Source of the DNA: an uncultured Fibrobacteria bacterium
GTDB taxonomy: Bacteria > Fibrobacterota > Fibrobacteria > UBA11236
Direction: 5' to 3'
DNA: 64,000 bases
NCBI GenBank assembly: GCA_963716395.1
Contig: OY970309.1
Span: 3,488,001 to 3,552,000, forward strand
Shown here: piece after piece, positions 39,113 through 47,273 of the stretch
How positions within the stretch are numbered: position 1 is the first letter of the stretch
How the letters are laid out: every line of letters begins with the position of its first letter
Notes under the pieces: generated by a model
What the model was told of the DNA's origin: nothing
What the model saw: the letters and a program-made list of their open reading frames with translations, nothing else
Database searches by the model: none
Translations under genes and position numbers: made by a program

Positions 39113-39775
39113 TCAAAAAGAAAGGTTGATGGCGTCGAAGCGCATGCCCAGGCCCTGGGGCATGGGAACCACGGCCAGTCGCGGAGGCAACAATACCGCG
39201 CCGGTTTCCGTGGCCTTGACCCGCTTCTTGTCGTTGAACCAACGCGCGATTTGGTATCCGGTGACGGCGCCCAGCGGAGGCACCAGGACCAGGGGCACGA
39301 GGGGAAGCCATTCGCGTTGCTGCTGCACGCCGGCCCAATCGGCGAGGGCAAAGGCGGCGGCCGTAGTGGCGACGTTGCCGACGAGCGTCCAGAAGATGCT
39401 GCCCTGCTCTTCATCGGCGTCTCCCATGAAAAACACCGTCAGCGTGGTCCCGAGCAGCATCCCCGATCCACCGCCCCAAAACGGTCCCCGCCAGTTGCGA
39501 TAGCGGATGCCGGTGAAACTGAGATACCCTTCATGGGCGCGCGAACTGAAGAGGCCGCCTTCGAAAGCGTTGCCGATATAGAAGCCGAGCGCTCCAGTCA
39601 CCATGTTCCCGATCAGGCCGAAGCCGTATTGTTTTTCCAGCAGGGGGTGATCATAAAAAACCGGGTTTACCTTGGCGTTCCAGGTCAGATCGGGGCCGAC
39701 CGGATCAAATTGGGTTCCCTCCCACCCGAAGGCGGAAGCCGCAAACAAAATCAAACCCAATGCTGCAATGCGCAC
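39113..39775 (-). CDS. Hypothetical membrane protein
   Basis: GTG start after GGAAAGGCGG; signal peptide and several Gly-rich TM segments. Confidence 0.6.
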   Translation of the reverse strand: MRIAALGLILFAASAFGWEGTQFDPVGPDLTWNAKVNPVFYDHPLLEKQYGFGLIGNMVTGALGFYIGNAFEGGLFSSRAHEGYLSFTGIRYRNWRGPFWGGGSGMLLGTTLTVFFMGDADEEQGSIFWTLVGNVATTAAAFALADWAGVQQQREWLPLVPLVLVPPLGAVTGYQIARWFNDKKRVKATETGAVLLPPRLAVVPMPQGLGMRFDAINLSF

Positions 39776-39935
39776 GAATCCGCCTTTCCATCCCCTGCCG
39801 CGCCGAATCCGGAATGCGGTTTCGCGTTGAGGCCAACGAGATTCAACGAGGGCCATAAGATAGCTACTTCCCCCCGGCCAGGTCACGGCGCGCGGGCAAT
39901 TCCGTTTCGAATTCCGTCGGTTACTTTTTCGCGCC

Positions 39936-41117
39936 ATGTCTTTGTACCCCGAAGCGCAACTGCGATCCGACCGGGTCAAAAACTTGCGGGCCGGACATCC
40001 CTGGATCTTCTCCGGCGCCTTGCTGGAGAAGCCGAAGGTTGCCGATGGGGAGCTGGTCAGTCTGCGCGCAGGCGCGGAAACTTTGGGCGTGGGTTATTAC
40101 AACTCGCGCACTGACATCGCGGTGCGCCGGCTCGCCGCGGTCGAAACCACCATCGATGAAAATTTTTTCACGCAGCGCTTCGCCCGCCTGCACCAGGGGC
40201 GCGCCGCCTGGCTGCCGCCGGATACCGATGCCTACCGCCTGGCTTTCGCCGAAGCCGATGGCTGTCCCGGGCTCGTCGTTGATTGTTACCACGACGTGGT
40301 GGTGGTGCAATTCCATACATTGGGAATGGATCGCCTGCGCGCGGCGGTGGTTCCGGCTTTGATCCGGACCTTGTCGCCCCGCGCCGTGGTGGAGCGCAGC
40401 GATCTTCCGGTACGGCGCCACGAAGGGTTGCCGGATCAACCTGTGCGCGTGCTGCACGGAAGTTGCGACGGCGAAGTCGAAATCCGGGAATACGGTTTTC
40501 GCTTTCGCGTCGACGTGCTGCGCGGGCAAAAAACCGGATTCTTTCTGGATCAGCGCGAGAACCGCCAGGCCCTGCGGCGTTGGTCGCGTGGCCGCACGGC
40601 GCTGAACGTCTTTTGTTACAGCGGCGGGTTTTCGGTGTATATGGCAGGCGAAGCGCGGCGGGTGGTGAGCCTCGACATTTCCACGCCGGCCCTGGAGCTA
40701 TGCCGGCGCAATTTGCAGCTCAACGGCTTTGCCGCCGATGCGTCCGACCTGCGCGTGCAAGACGCGTTCGCGGCCCTGTCGACGCTGCCGCCGGACGAAT
40801 TCGACTGCATCGTTCTCGACCCGCCGTCTTTCGCCAAAAGCCGCGCCCAGATCAAAAACGCCATCAAAGCCTACATCACCCTCAACACCAAGGCCCTGCA
40901 GGCTTTGCCCGCCGGCGGAATTCTGGCCACTTCTTCCTGCACGTCGCACCTGGATGCGCTGACCTTTCTCAAACTCTTGCATCAAAGCGCGGTGAACGCC
41001 GGTTGCGGGCTCAAGGTGCTGGATTTGCGCGAGCAGCCCTTCGACCACCCCTATCGGTTGGCCTTTCCCGAAGGCCGGTACTTAAAATTCGTGGTGGCGC
41101 AGAAATGCGATCTGTGA
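39936..41117 (+). CDS. rlmI: 23S rRNA m5C1962 methyltransferase RlmI family
   Basis: GHPWIF (PUA), GQKTGFFLDQRENR, FCYSGGFS, LDPPSF, PEGRYLK. Confidence 0.88.
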   Translation: MSLYPEAQLRSDRVKNLRAGHPWIFSGALLEKPKVADGELVSLRAGAETLGVGYYNSRTDIAVRRLAAVETTIDENFFTQRFARLHQGRAAWLPPDTDAYRLAFAEADGCPGLVVDCYHDVVVVQFHTLGMDRLRAAVVPALIRTLSPRAVVERSDLPVRRHEGLPDQPVRVLHGSCDGEVEIREYGFRFRVDVLRGQKTGFFLDQRENRQALRRWSRGRTALNVFCYSGGFSVYMAGEARRVVSLDISTPALELCRRNLQLNGFAADASDLRVQDAFAALSTLPPDEFDCIVLDPPSFAKSRAQIKNAIKAYITLNTKALQALPAGGILATSSCTSHLDALTFLKLLHQSAVNAGCGLKVLDLREQPFDHPYRLAFPEGRYLKFVVAQKCDL

Positions 41118-41123
41118 TTTAGT

Positions 41124-41543
41124 TTACGACTTTATTTTTAATTCAAACTCCGGAAGGTGGGCGGCCTCGACATAGCGATCTTCCCGCACCTGGAAATACC
41201 GGGTTTCTTTTCCATTGGTCAAAAGCACCCATTCGGCCCGAACCCTTTCGGCATAGCGCCTGACCTGATCCGCGGCACGCGCACCCAAGGCGATCGCCGG
41301 GGCCTTGCATTCGGCCAGCAGCCAGGGCGACAGGCCGGAGCCTCCCGGCCTCCACACCACCACATCGGCGCGGCGGCGGAGGACGCGGGTGCCGGGAAGG
41401 GTAAACTCCACTGCGATGAGGCGCGGTGGCACGCGGCGCGAATCGATCAGCCAGCGCACCAAAGCCTGGCGCACCGCCTCTTCGGGTCTGGCGGCCACGG
41501 CCTTGCGGCGTACCGGATCGAAAAGTTTCCCGGGATCGGGCAT
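41124..41543 (-). CDS. Type I restriction enzyme HsdR N-terminal domain protein (standalone)
   Basis: DPVRRK.V...PEE.VRQ, RRADVVV, LAECKAP, QVRRY, LTNG. Confidence 0.85.
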   Translation of the reverse strand: MPDPGKLFDPVRRKAVAARPEEAVRQALVRWLIDSRRVPPRLIAVEFTLPGTRVLRRRADVVVWRPGGSGLSPWLLAECKAPAIALGARAADQVRRYAERVRAEWVLLTNGKETRYFQVREDRYVEAAHLPEFELKIKS

Positions 41544-41623
41544 GGAGCAGCGCCGTGGTTTCCGCGGATCAAAGAGAATTCACCGATGTTGCGGGTCGTC
41601 TCCGGTCGCGATTTCGGGAGGCG

Positions 41624-42334
41624 TCAGAAATGCCACCCGAAGCGCCGCTCCGATTTTATCCACATCCAGGCGACGGGAAATAAGAGGAAGACGTCGCGCA
41701 GCAAGGCAAACCAGGTTTCGGCGGCATCGGCCGCGCCTTCGATGTCGAAGCAGCCGCAGGCGATTCCGAGGCCGCGGCCCAAGGCCTGGGACAAGGCGAT
41801 GACGAACATGCCCAGCAGCAACAGCACGGCGGCGGCGGCTTCGGTTTCAAAGGGTGTGAACAGCAAAGTTACCCCCGCGGTGATTTCGGCCGCGGGCAAC
41901 CAAAGCGAAAACGCATTCACGGCGAAAAGCGGCAGCAATTGGTATTGGGTCACGAGCAGGGCGAAATCCTTGGGAGCGGAAAACTTGGGACTGGCCGCCA
42001 CCAAAAACATGAGTCCCAATCCCAGGCGCAGCCACGATTTCACCACGTTTTGTCCGGGTTTGTGGCGCCGCCGGGCGGCGACCAGGGCCACCATCAGCAA
42101 AAGCACGGCTGCGGCCGTCCCCATCCCATGTTCGCGCAAGAGATTCCAAGCGAACTTGAGGCCACCTCCCGCCCCTTGGGCAAAGGTGAGTGCGGGCCAG
42201 CCTTCGGGTTTGGGCAGTACTTCGCCGCTGCCGATCCACGGCACGCGGTGCGGATTGAAGAGGTTGTTGCCCGCGGCCAGCAAGGCGCTGAACCCGAGCA
42301 TCGAAGCGAGAACCGAAGCGCGCATCCTAGGCAT
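41624..42334 (-). CDS. MauE/DoxX family redox-associated membrane protein
   Basis: RLGLGLMFLVAA.PK, LPAAEI, RGLGIACGCF, LLRD. Confidence 0.82.
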   Translation of the reverse strand: MPRMRASVLASMLGFSALLAAGNNLFNPHRVPWIGSGEVLPKPEGWPALTFAQGAGGGLKFAWNLLREHGMGTAAAVLLLMVALVAARRRHKPGQNVVKSWLRLGLGLMFLVAASPKFSAPKDFALLVTQYQLLPLFAVNAFSLWLPAAEITAGVTLLFTPFETEAAAAVLLLLGMFVIALSQALGRGLGIACGCFDIEGAADAAETWFALLRDVFLLFPVAWMWIKSERRFGWHF

Positions 42335-42653
42335 ACGGCAAAAAAAGATACAAGGCTTTGGGAAAGCATCGAGAAAAACTTTCCCCAGTGACGGAACCCG
42401 GCGAAAAGCCGGGCCATGCAGTCGAGATAGTCAGGCGCACAGATGGATTCTTCTTGTCCCGCGAGTCCCGCAGGGCCGGAGGCCGATTTTATCCCACTTG
42501 GCTCCCAATGGACCGGATTACAAAAAGCCTTGCGCCCGGCTCCCGTCCGAGGAGAGCCTCAGCGAGCCAAGAACGCATTCGCGGTGGGCCTGATCGCGTG
42601 CGCAGCCCACCGGGAAAAAGCGAAATGTGAACGGGTTTGTTAACTTCACCGCC

Positions 42654-43526
42654 ATGTCGATCACGGCCAAGCTGCAACAAGGGCCGACCTTGTCCTATGA
42701 ATTTTTTCCGCCCAAGAATCCGGCGGGCTGGGGTACCCTCTACGGTACTTTGGCCGAGACCTTACAGCAAGGGCCGGATTTCGTGTCGGTGACCTACGGC
42801 GCCGGCGGATCGACGCGCGTCAAAACCGTGGAATTGGTGGGCCGCATCCAGGGCGAACTCGGCATTGAAGCCATGGCGCATCTCACCTGCGTGGGCCACG
42901 CGCGCGACGAGTTGCACGCCGTGCTGGAGGCGCTGTGGCAAGCCGGCATCCGCCATGTGCTGGCCTTGCGGGGCGACCCGCCCCGCGGCGACACTGCTTT
43001 CAAGCCCCATCCCGAAGGCTTTGCGCATGCCACCGATTTGATTCGCTACATCAAAGATCATTTCGGCTTCACCGTAGGCTGCGCCTATTACCCGGAAAAG
43101 CACGTCGAGTCGAAAGACCTTGAAGTAGATCTTGCCACCCTCAAGCTGAAGCAGGATTGCGGCGCCGACTTCGCCATCAGCCAGCTTTTTTTCGACAACG
43201 ACAACTTCTTCCGCTTTCGCGAGCGGGCTCGGGCGCTCGGGGTCACCTTGCCGTTATTGGCCGGCATCATGCCGGTACTGGAAGTGGGACAATTGCAACG
43301 TTTCCGGCAATTGTCCGGCTGCACCATCCCCGGGAAGTTGGCGGACTTTCTGGGCCAGGGGTCCGACGTGGCGGATCGCGGCGTGGAGTACGCCGTACAA
43401 CAATGCCGCGAATTGCTGCATCAAGGCGTGGCGGGTCTGCATTTGTACTGTCTCAACCGCCACCAAAGCGTGGTGCGCATCACCAAAAACCTGCGCGACG
43501 TCGGGGCATTGCCCCGGCGCCCCTGA
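42654..43526 (+). CDS. metF: Methylenetetrahydrofolate reductase
   Basis: SYEFFPPK, SVTYGAGG, AHLTC, LALRGDPP, SQLFFDN, HLYCLN. Confidence 0.95.
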   Translation: MSITAKLQQGPTLSYEFFPPKNPAGWGTLYGTLAETLQQGPDFVSVTYGAGGSTRVKTVELVGRIQGELGIEAMAHLTCVGHARDELHAVLEALWQAGIRHVLALRGDPPRGDTAFKPHPEGFAHATDLIRYIKDHFGFTVGCAYYPEKHVESKDLEVDLATLKLKQDCGADFAISQLFFDNDNFFRFRERARALGVTLPLLAGIMPVLEVGQLQRFRQLSGCTIPGKLADFLGQGSDVADRGVEYAVQQCRELLHQGVAGLHLYCLNRHQSVVRITKNLRDVGALPRRP

Positions 43527-43545
43527 TACGGCGGGCCGCCCAGGC

Positions 43546-44757
43546 ATGGCGCCGCCTTTCCATTTTTCCGACCGCTGGCAAAACCGCGTCGCGCAACCCA
43601 ATGCCTTGACCCGAGCCGTCTCGGCCCGCCGTGCGACCGGTCGGAAAATTTTCGATCTCACGGCCACCAATCCCACCCGTTGCGGACTCGAACGCACCGA
43701 ATCCCGGCCGCAGGATCCGGATGACGCGTCTTGGTTTCATTATGATCCGGATGCGCGGGGTTTGCGGTGCGCACGCGAAGCCATCGCCGCCTATTACGCG
43801 GAGCGCGGGGAAAGTGTCGATCCCGACGCGATTTTCCTCACGGCCGGAACTTCGGAAGGCTACGGGTTTTTGTTCAAACTGCTGTGCGCGCCCGGCGACA
43901 CCGTGCTCGTTCCGCAGCCCTCCTATCCCCTGCTGCATGCGCTGGCCGAATTGGAAAACGTGAATCTGCTTCCCTACCGCTTGGTCCCCGAACGTACGGC
44001 CCCAGGCGAAGCGCGGCATTGGCGGCTGGACCGCGACGCCCTGTCGGTTCTGGCGGATTCCCGTCTGCGCGCGGTATGCGTGATCCAGCCCAATAATCCC
44101 ACCGGAGCCTTGCTCGCGCCCGACGACGCCGACTTTCTGCTTCGCTTTGCGGCCCAGCGTGGGTTGGCGCTGGTGGTTGACGAAGTGTTCGCCGATTTCA
44201 TCCACGCACCCTCGGTAACGACCCGGTTACTCCGGTCTTCCGAAACCCTGGTGTTCACCTTGAACGGTTTGTCGAAAACCCTGGGGTTGCCGCAACTCAA
44301 ATTGGCCTGGATTTGCGTCGAGGGAGAACCCCGGGCCAAGGCGCAGGCGCTGTCGCATCTGGAATGGATTTGCGACGCCTATCTGAGCGTGAACACGACC
44401 GCGCAATTGTGGACGCCGGCCTTGCTGGCCCGACGCGCCGCGTTACAGGCGCCGGTGCGCGCACGCCTGCGCGCGAATCTGGAAACATTGCGTCACTTGG
44501 CCGCTACCGCGGACGCAGTGATGCCGCTGTGGCCGCAAGGCGGCTGGTGCGTGCCTTTGCAATGCCCGGGCCTGGCCGATGACGAAGAGGGCGCTGTGTC
44601 GCTGCTGCGCGAACAAGGCGTGCTCGTGCACCCGGGCTATTTCTACGACTTCGAGGCCGAAGACGTTTTGGTGGCCAGCCTGTTGCCGCCGCCCGAGGTT
44701 TTTCAAACCGGAGTGCAGCGCCTGATCGATTTTTTCGCAACCCACGCCCATGTCTGA
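43546..44757 (+). CDS. PLP-dependent aminotransferase class I/II
   Basis: PNNPTG, VVDEVF, NGLSK, VHPGYFY. Confidence 0.88.
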   Translation: MAPPFHFSDRWQNRVAQPNALTRAVSARRATGRKIFDLTATNPTRCGLERTESRPQDPDDASWFHYDPDARGLRCAREAIAAYYAERGESVDPDAIFLTAGTSEGYGFLFKLLCAPGDTVLVPQPSYPLLHALAELENVNLLPYRLVPERTAPGEARHWRLDRDALSVLADSRLRAVCVIQPNNPTGALLAPDDADFLLRFAAQRGLALVVDEVFADFIHAPSVTTRLLRSSETLVFTLNGLSKTLGLPQLKLAWICVEGEPRAKAQALSHLEWICDAYLSVNTTAQLWTPALLARRAALQAPVRARLRANLETLRHLAATADAVMPLWPQGGWCVPLQCPGLADDEEGAVSLLREQGVLVHPGYFYDFEAEDVLVASLLPPPEVFQTGVQRLIDFFATHAHV

Positions 44758-45625
44758 ACCCAAACCGGTCGGCGCCTCGGCCGATCCCGCCAAGGAAAAA
44801 GTGCGGCGGTATTATGAAGCCGCCACCTCGGACTATTTGCGCTATTACGAAACCGATTGGCATCACCACATGCATTACGGCTTTGACCGTGATCTCCCCA
44901 AGGGCGGCAATCCCACCGAACAGTTGGTGCGCTACGCGGCGCACATCGGTTCGGTGCAGGCCGGCGAACGCGCGCTCGACGTGGGCTGCGGCGTGGGCGG
45001 CACGGCGCTGTGGCTGGCCGAACATTGCGGAACGCGCAGCGTGGGACTCAACCTCATGGAGTTCCAGTTACGGTTGGCGCGCGGTTATGCCACCCGAAAA
45101 AATCCGCCCCTCTCGGTCGCCTTTGCGGCCGGCGACTTCATGCATCCGCCCTTTGCCGCCGCGTCGTTCGACGTCATCATCGCCATCGAAAGCTTCGACC
45201 ATGCCCCGGACAAACGCGCCTTTGTGCGGGCCATGTCATCTCTTTTGCGACCGAATGGCCGCCTCATTCTCGTCGACGGATTCCGCGCCGCCCGCGCCTT
45301 TACCGCCGCCGAAAACCGCGACTACGCGCGCTTTCTGGCCGGCTGGGCCGTGCCGCACCTGTGCAACATGGAAGAAGTACGCGCCTGGGCCGCCGAAGCC
45401 GGACTGGCGGAAACCCACGGCGAGGATATCACGGCCGACGTCTTGCCGCATGCGCGTGCCATTTATCGCTTCGCCTTCGTCTTCGTTCCGCTCCGCCGGT
45501 TGCTGCTGGCCTTGCGTCTCACGCGCCGCGAAAAACTCGGCAATGCCGCGGCCACCTATCATCAGTACCGCACCCTGAAGTCCGGACTGTGGCACTACGC
45601 GGTGTTTTGTTTCCGCAAGCCGTGA
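44750..45625 (+). CDS. SAM-dependent methyltransferase (tocopherol/sterol-MT-like)
   Basis: HMHYG, LDVGCGVGG, FDVIIAIES, LRPNG. Confidence 0.8.
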   Translation: MSEPKPVGASADPAKEKVRRYYEAATSDYLRYYETDWHHHMHYGFDRDLPKGGNPTEQLVRYAAHIGSVQAGERALDVGCGVGGTALWLAEHCGTRSVGLNLMEFQLRLARGYATRKNPPLSVAFAAGDFMHPPFAAASFDVIIAIESFDHAPDKRAFVRAMSSLLRPNGRLILVDGFRAARAFTAAENRDYARFLAGWAVPHLCNMEEVRAWAAEAGLAETHGEDITADVLPHARAIYRFAFVFVPLRRLLLALRLTRREKLGNAAATYHQYRTLKSGLWHYAVFCFRKP

Positions 45626-45633
45626 GGCAAAAA

Positions 45634-45868
45634 GCGCGGGGGTTCGACACCCCTGGACAGGCTCGGGGACCAGGCTCACCCACCGCGCTCTGGGCTTGTC
45701 GAAAGGCACCCACCGCGCTCTGGGCTTGTCGAAAGGCACCCACCGCGCTCCGAATTGTCAAGGGACGTCGAAGGTTATCCACGGACTCCATTTCGGCCGG
45801 TGAGCTTGTCGAACCGGTCGAGGGACGTCGAAGAGCCGGTAAGAGAGCCTAACCCAGACCAGCGACTT
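45634..45868. repeat. Composite REP-like repeat, left copy, containing a 30-bp tandem repeat
   Basis: CACCCACCGCGCTCTGGGCTTGTCGAAAGG at 45677-45706 and 45707-45736 plus a partial third copy; CGGCCGGTGAGCTTGTCGAACCGGTCG at 45794-45820. Confidence 0.85.
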
Positions 45869-45908
45869 CTTAGCCGGTCAAAGCCAGAGGGGATTTTTTC
45901 AACCCTCT

Positions 45909-46325
45909 CTAAGCCACCGACTTGACTTGCAGTCCCGATTTTCTGGCCGCGGAGATTTGTCGCCCGTCGCTGGAAACGAACAGATCCGCCTTCCATTCCA
46001 GCGCCGCGGCGATGTGAAACCCGTCCATGGCACGCAGCACATTCTCCTCCAGCAAGAGCACGCATTGATCCACGCCGGTTTCGGTGATATTGCAAATCGA
46101 AGCGTCGCTCAAATCCTCGATCAGGGCGTGCTTGGCCCGTACGTATTCGGGGCCAGCGAGCTTCTTTTCACGCCGCAGCCGCGACAAGGCCGAAATGATT
46201 TCCGGAAAGCAGATCACCGACAGACCCAGCTCCGTGGCTTGACCGCACAGCCGCAACACCTCTTCGCTGCCTTTTTCCTCAACATAACGCTTCACCAAAG
46301 AGGACGGGTCGAAAAAAATCCTCAC
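45909..46325 (-). CDS. vapC: Type II TA toxin, PIN domain (VapC family)
   Basis: IFFDPSSLVKRY.EE.GS, PEIISAL, LRAMDGFHIAAA, FVSSD; GTG start overlapping the antitoxin stop. Confidence 0.9.
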   Translation of the reverse strand: MRIFFDPSSLVKRYVEEKGSEEVLRLCGQATELGLSVICFPEIISALSRLRREKKLAGPEYVRAKHALIEDLSDASICNITETGVDQCVLLLEENVLRAMDGFHIAAALEWKADLFVSSDGRQISAARKSGLQVKSVA

Positions 46326-46552
46326 CGCAGGGCTTCCCGCCGGTTGCGCAAAATGGTTTTCGAGAGCGAAGCACCGTGCAGGGAAATGCGCGGCGGAGCC
46401 TGCTTCCACGACGGCGTATGCTCGCGGACTACCGAAGACAAATCGGCGACGGGTTTGCCGTAGCGGAAAATGCGCACGGTTTCGCCTTTTTCGACTTGGT
46501 TGAGAAACTCGGCCGCATGCTTGCGGAATTCGGAAAAATTGGTGTGTTTCAT
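46322..46552 (-). CDS. Type II TA antitoxin, Phd/YefM family
   Basis: NFSEFRKHAAEFLNQVEKGETVRIFRYGKPVA. Confidence 0.9.
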   Translation of the reverse strand: MKHTNFSEFRKHAAEFLNQVEKGETVRIFRYGKPVADLSSVVREHTPSWKQAPPRISLHGASLSKTILRNRREALR

Positions 46553-46566
46553 GAGTTCTCCGGGAC

Positions 46567-46614
46567 GTACATCAAGATGTACATTATTGTACAAATTGGC
46601 TTCGGCACCGTCAA
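46567..46614 (-). promoter_or_regulatory. Sigma70 promoter and TGTACA operator of the TA operon
   Basis: TTGACG(46614-09)-17 nt-TACAAT(46591-86); overlapping palindromes TTGTACAA, ATGTACAT and GTACATC-AA-GATGTAC. Confidence 0.8.
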
Positions 46615-46638
46615 AATATTTCCCACACTCCGCCGAAA

Positions 46639-46833
46639 CGCGGGGGTTCGACGGGCTCACCCACCGCGCCCTGAGCTAGTCAAAGAGCACCCGCCGGCCC
46701 TTTATCGGCCGGTGAGCTTGGTTCCCGAGCCTGCCGAGGGATGTCGAACCGGTCGAGGGATGCCGAAGGGCACCCGCCGCGCCCTGAGCCCGCCGCAGGG
46801 CCGGCAAGAGAGCGCAACACAGGCCGGCAACTT
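46639..46833. repeat. Composite REP-like repeat, right copy
   Basis: CGCGGGGGTTCGAC..GGCTCACCCACCGCGCCCTGAGC...CGGCCGGTGAGCTTG[insert]TCGAACCGGTCGAGGGA...CCGGCAAGAGAGCGCAACACAGGCCGGCAACTT parallels the left copy in the same orientation. Confidence 0.8.
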
Positions 46834-47207
46834 TAAGAAGGTTCGGTGAGCGAGAGCACATTGCCGTCCGGGTCTTTGAACCACGCGACTTTGGCGCCGC
46901 CGGGCGCGGTCCAAATTCCCTGCTCATCCTGCTCCAGACCCGGGAAACGCGCGAACTCGACTCCGAATTCGCCCAGAACCTTGGCTTCTTCGCGGATATT
47001 CTCCACCTCCCAGCCGAGGACGGTGAACGGTGCCGGCGCCAGGGCATCGACCTCCGTTACGCGCAGGGTACCCTCGCGCAGGGCGAAAACGACGGCGAAA
47101 CGGTCTGCGGAAAGCAAGGGCAAGCGCAGCACATCGCGATAAAACGCCTTGGCCTCGGCGGGCCGCACCGTGGCGATGAACGAAACCGTCTTGCCGTTCT
47201 TCAGCAT
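46833..47207 (-). CDS. VOC/glyoxalase family protein
   Basis: AKAFYRDVLRL, VAWFKDPDGNVLSL; AGGGAGGAG SD. Confidence 0.88.
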   Translation of the reverse strand: MLKNGKTVSFIATVRPAEAKAFYRDVLRLPLLSADRFAVVFALREGTLRVTEVDALAPAPFTVLGWEVENIREEAKVLGEFGVEFARFPGLEQDEQGIWTAPGGAKVAWFKDPDGNVLSLTEPS

Positions 47208-47273
47208 GACTCCTCCCTGCCGTTCCGAAGCGAAAAAGGAATGGGGTTCCCGGGCCGGAATGCGACGATCATT

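Noticed and set aside
42340-42650. SAM or SAH riboswitch upstream of metF (CCGAGGAGAGC)
   Set aside because: Lacks the remaining conserved SAH and SAM-I elements; metF also looks leaderless
45677-45750. 30-bp direct repeats as a CRISPR array
   Set aside because: Units are head-to-tail with no spacers, and there are no cas genes
45847-45908. Integron attC site (GCCTAAC) beside the TA genes
   Set aside because: No matching GTTRRRY partner box or attC hairpin, and no integrase
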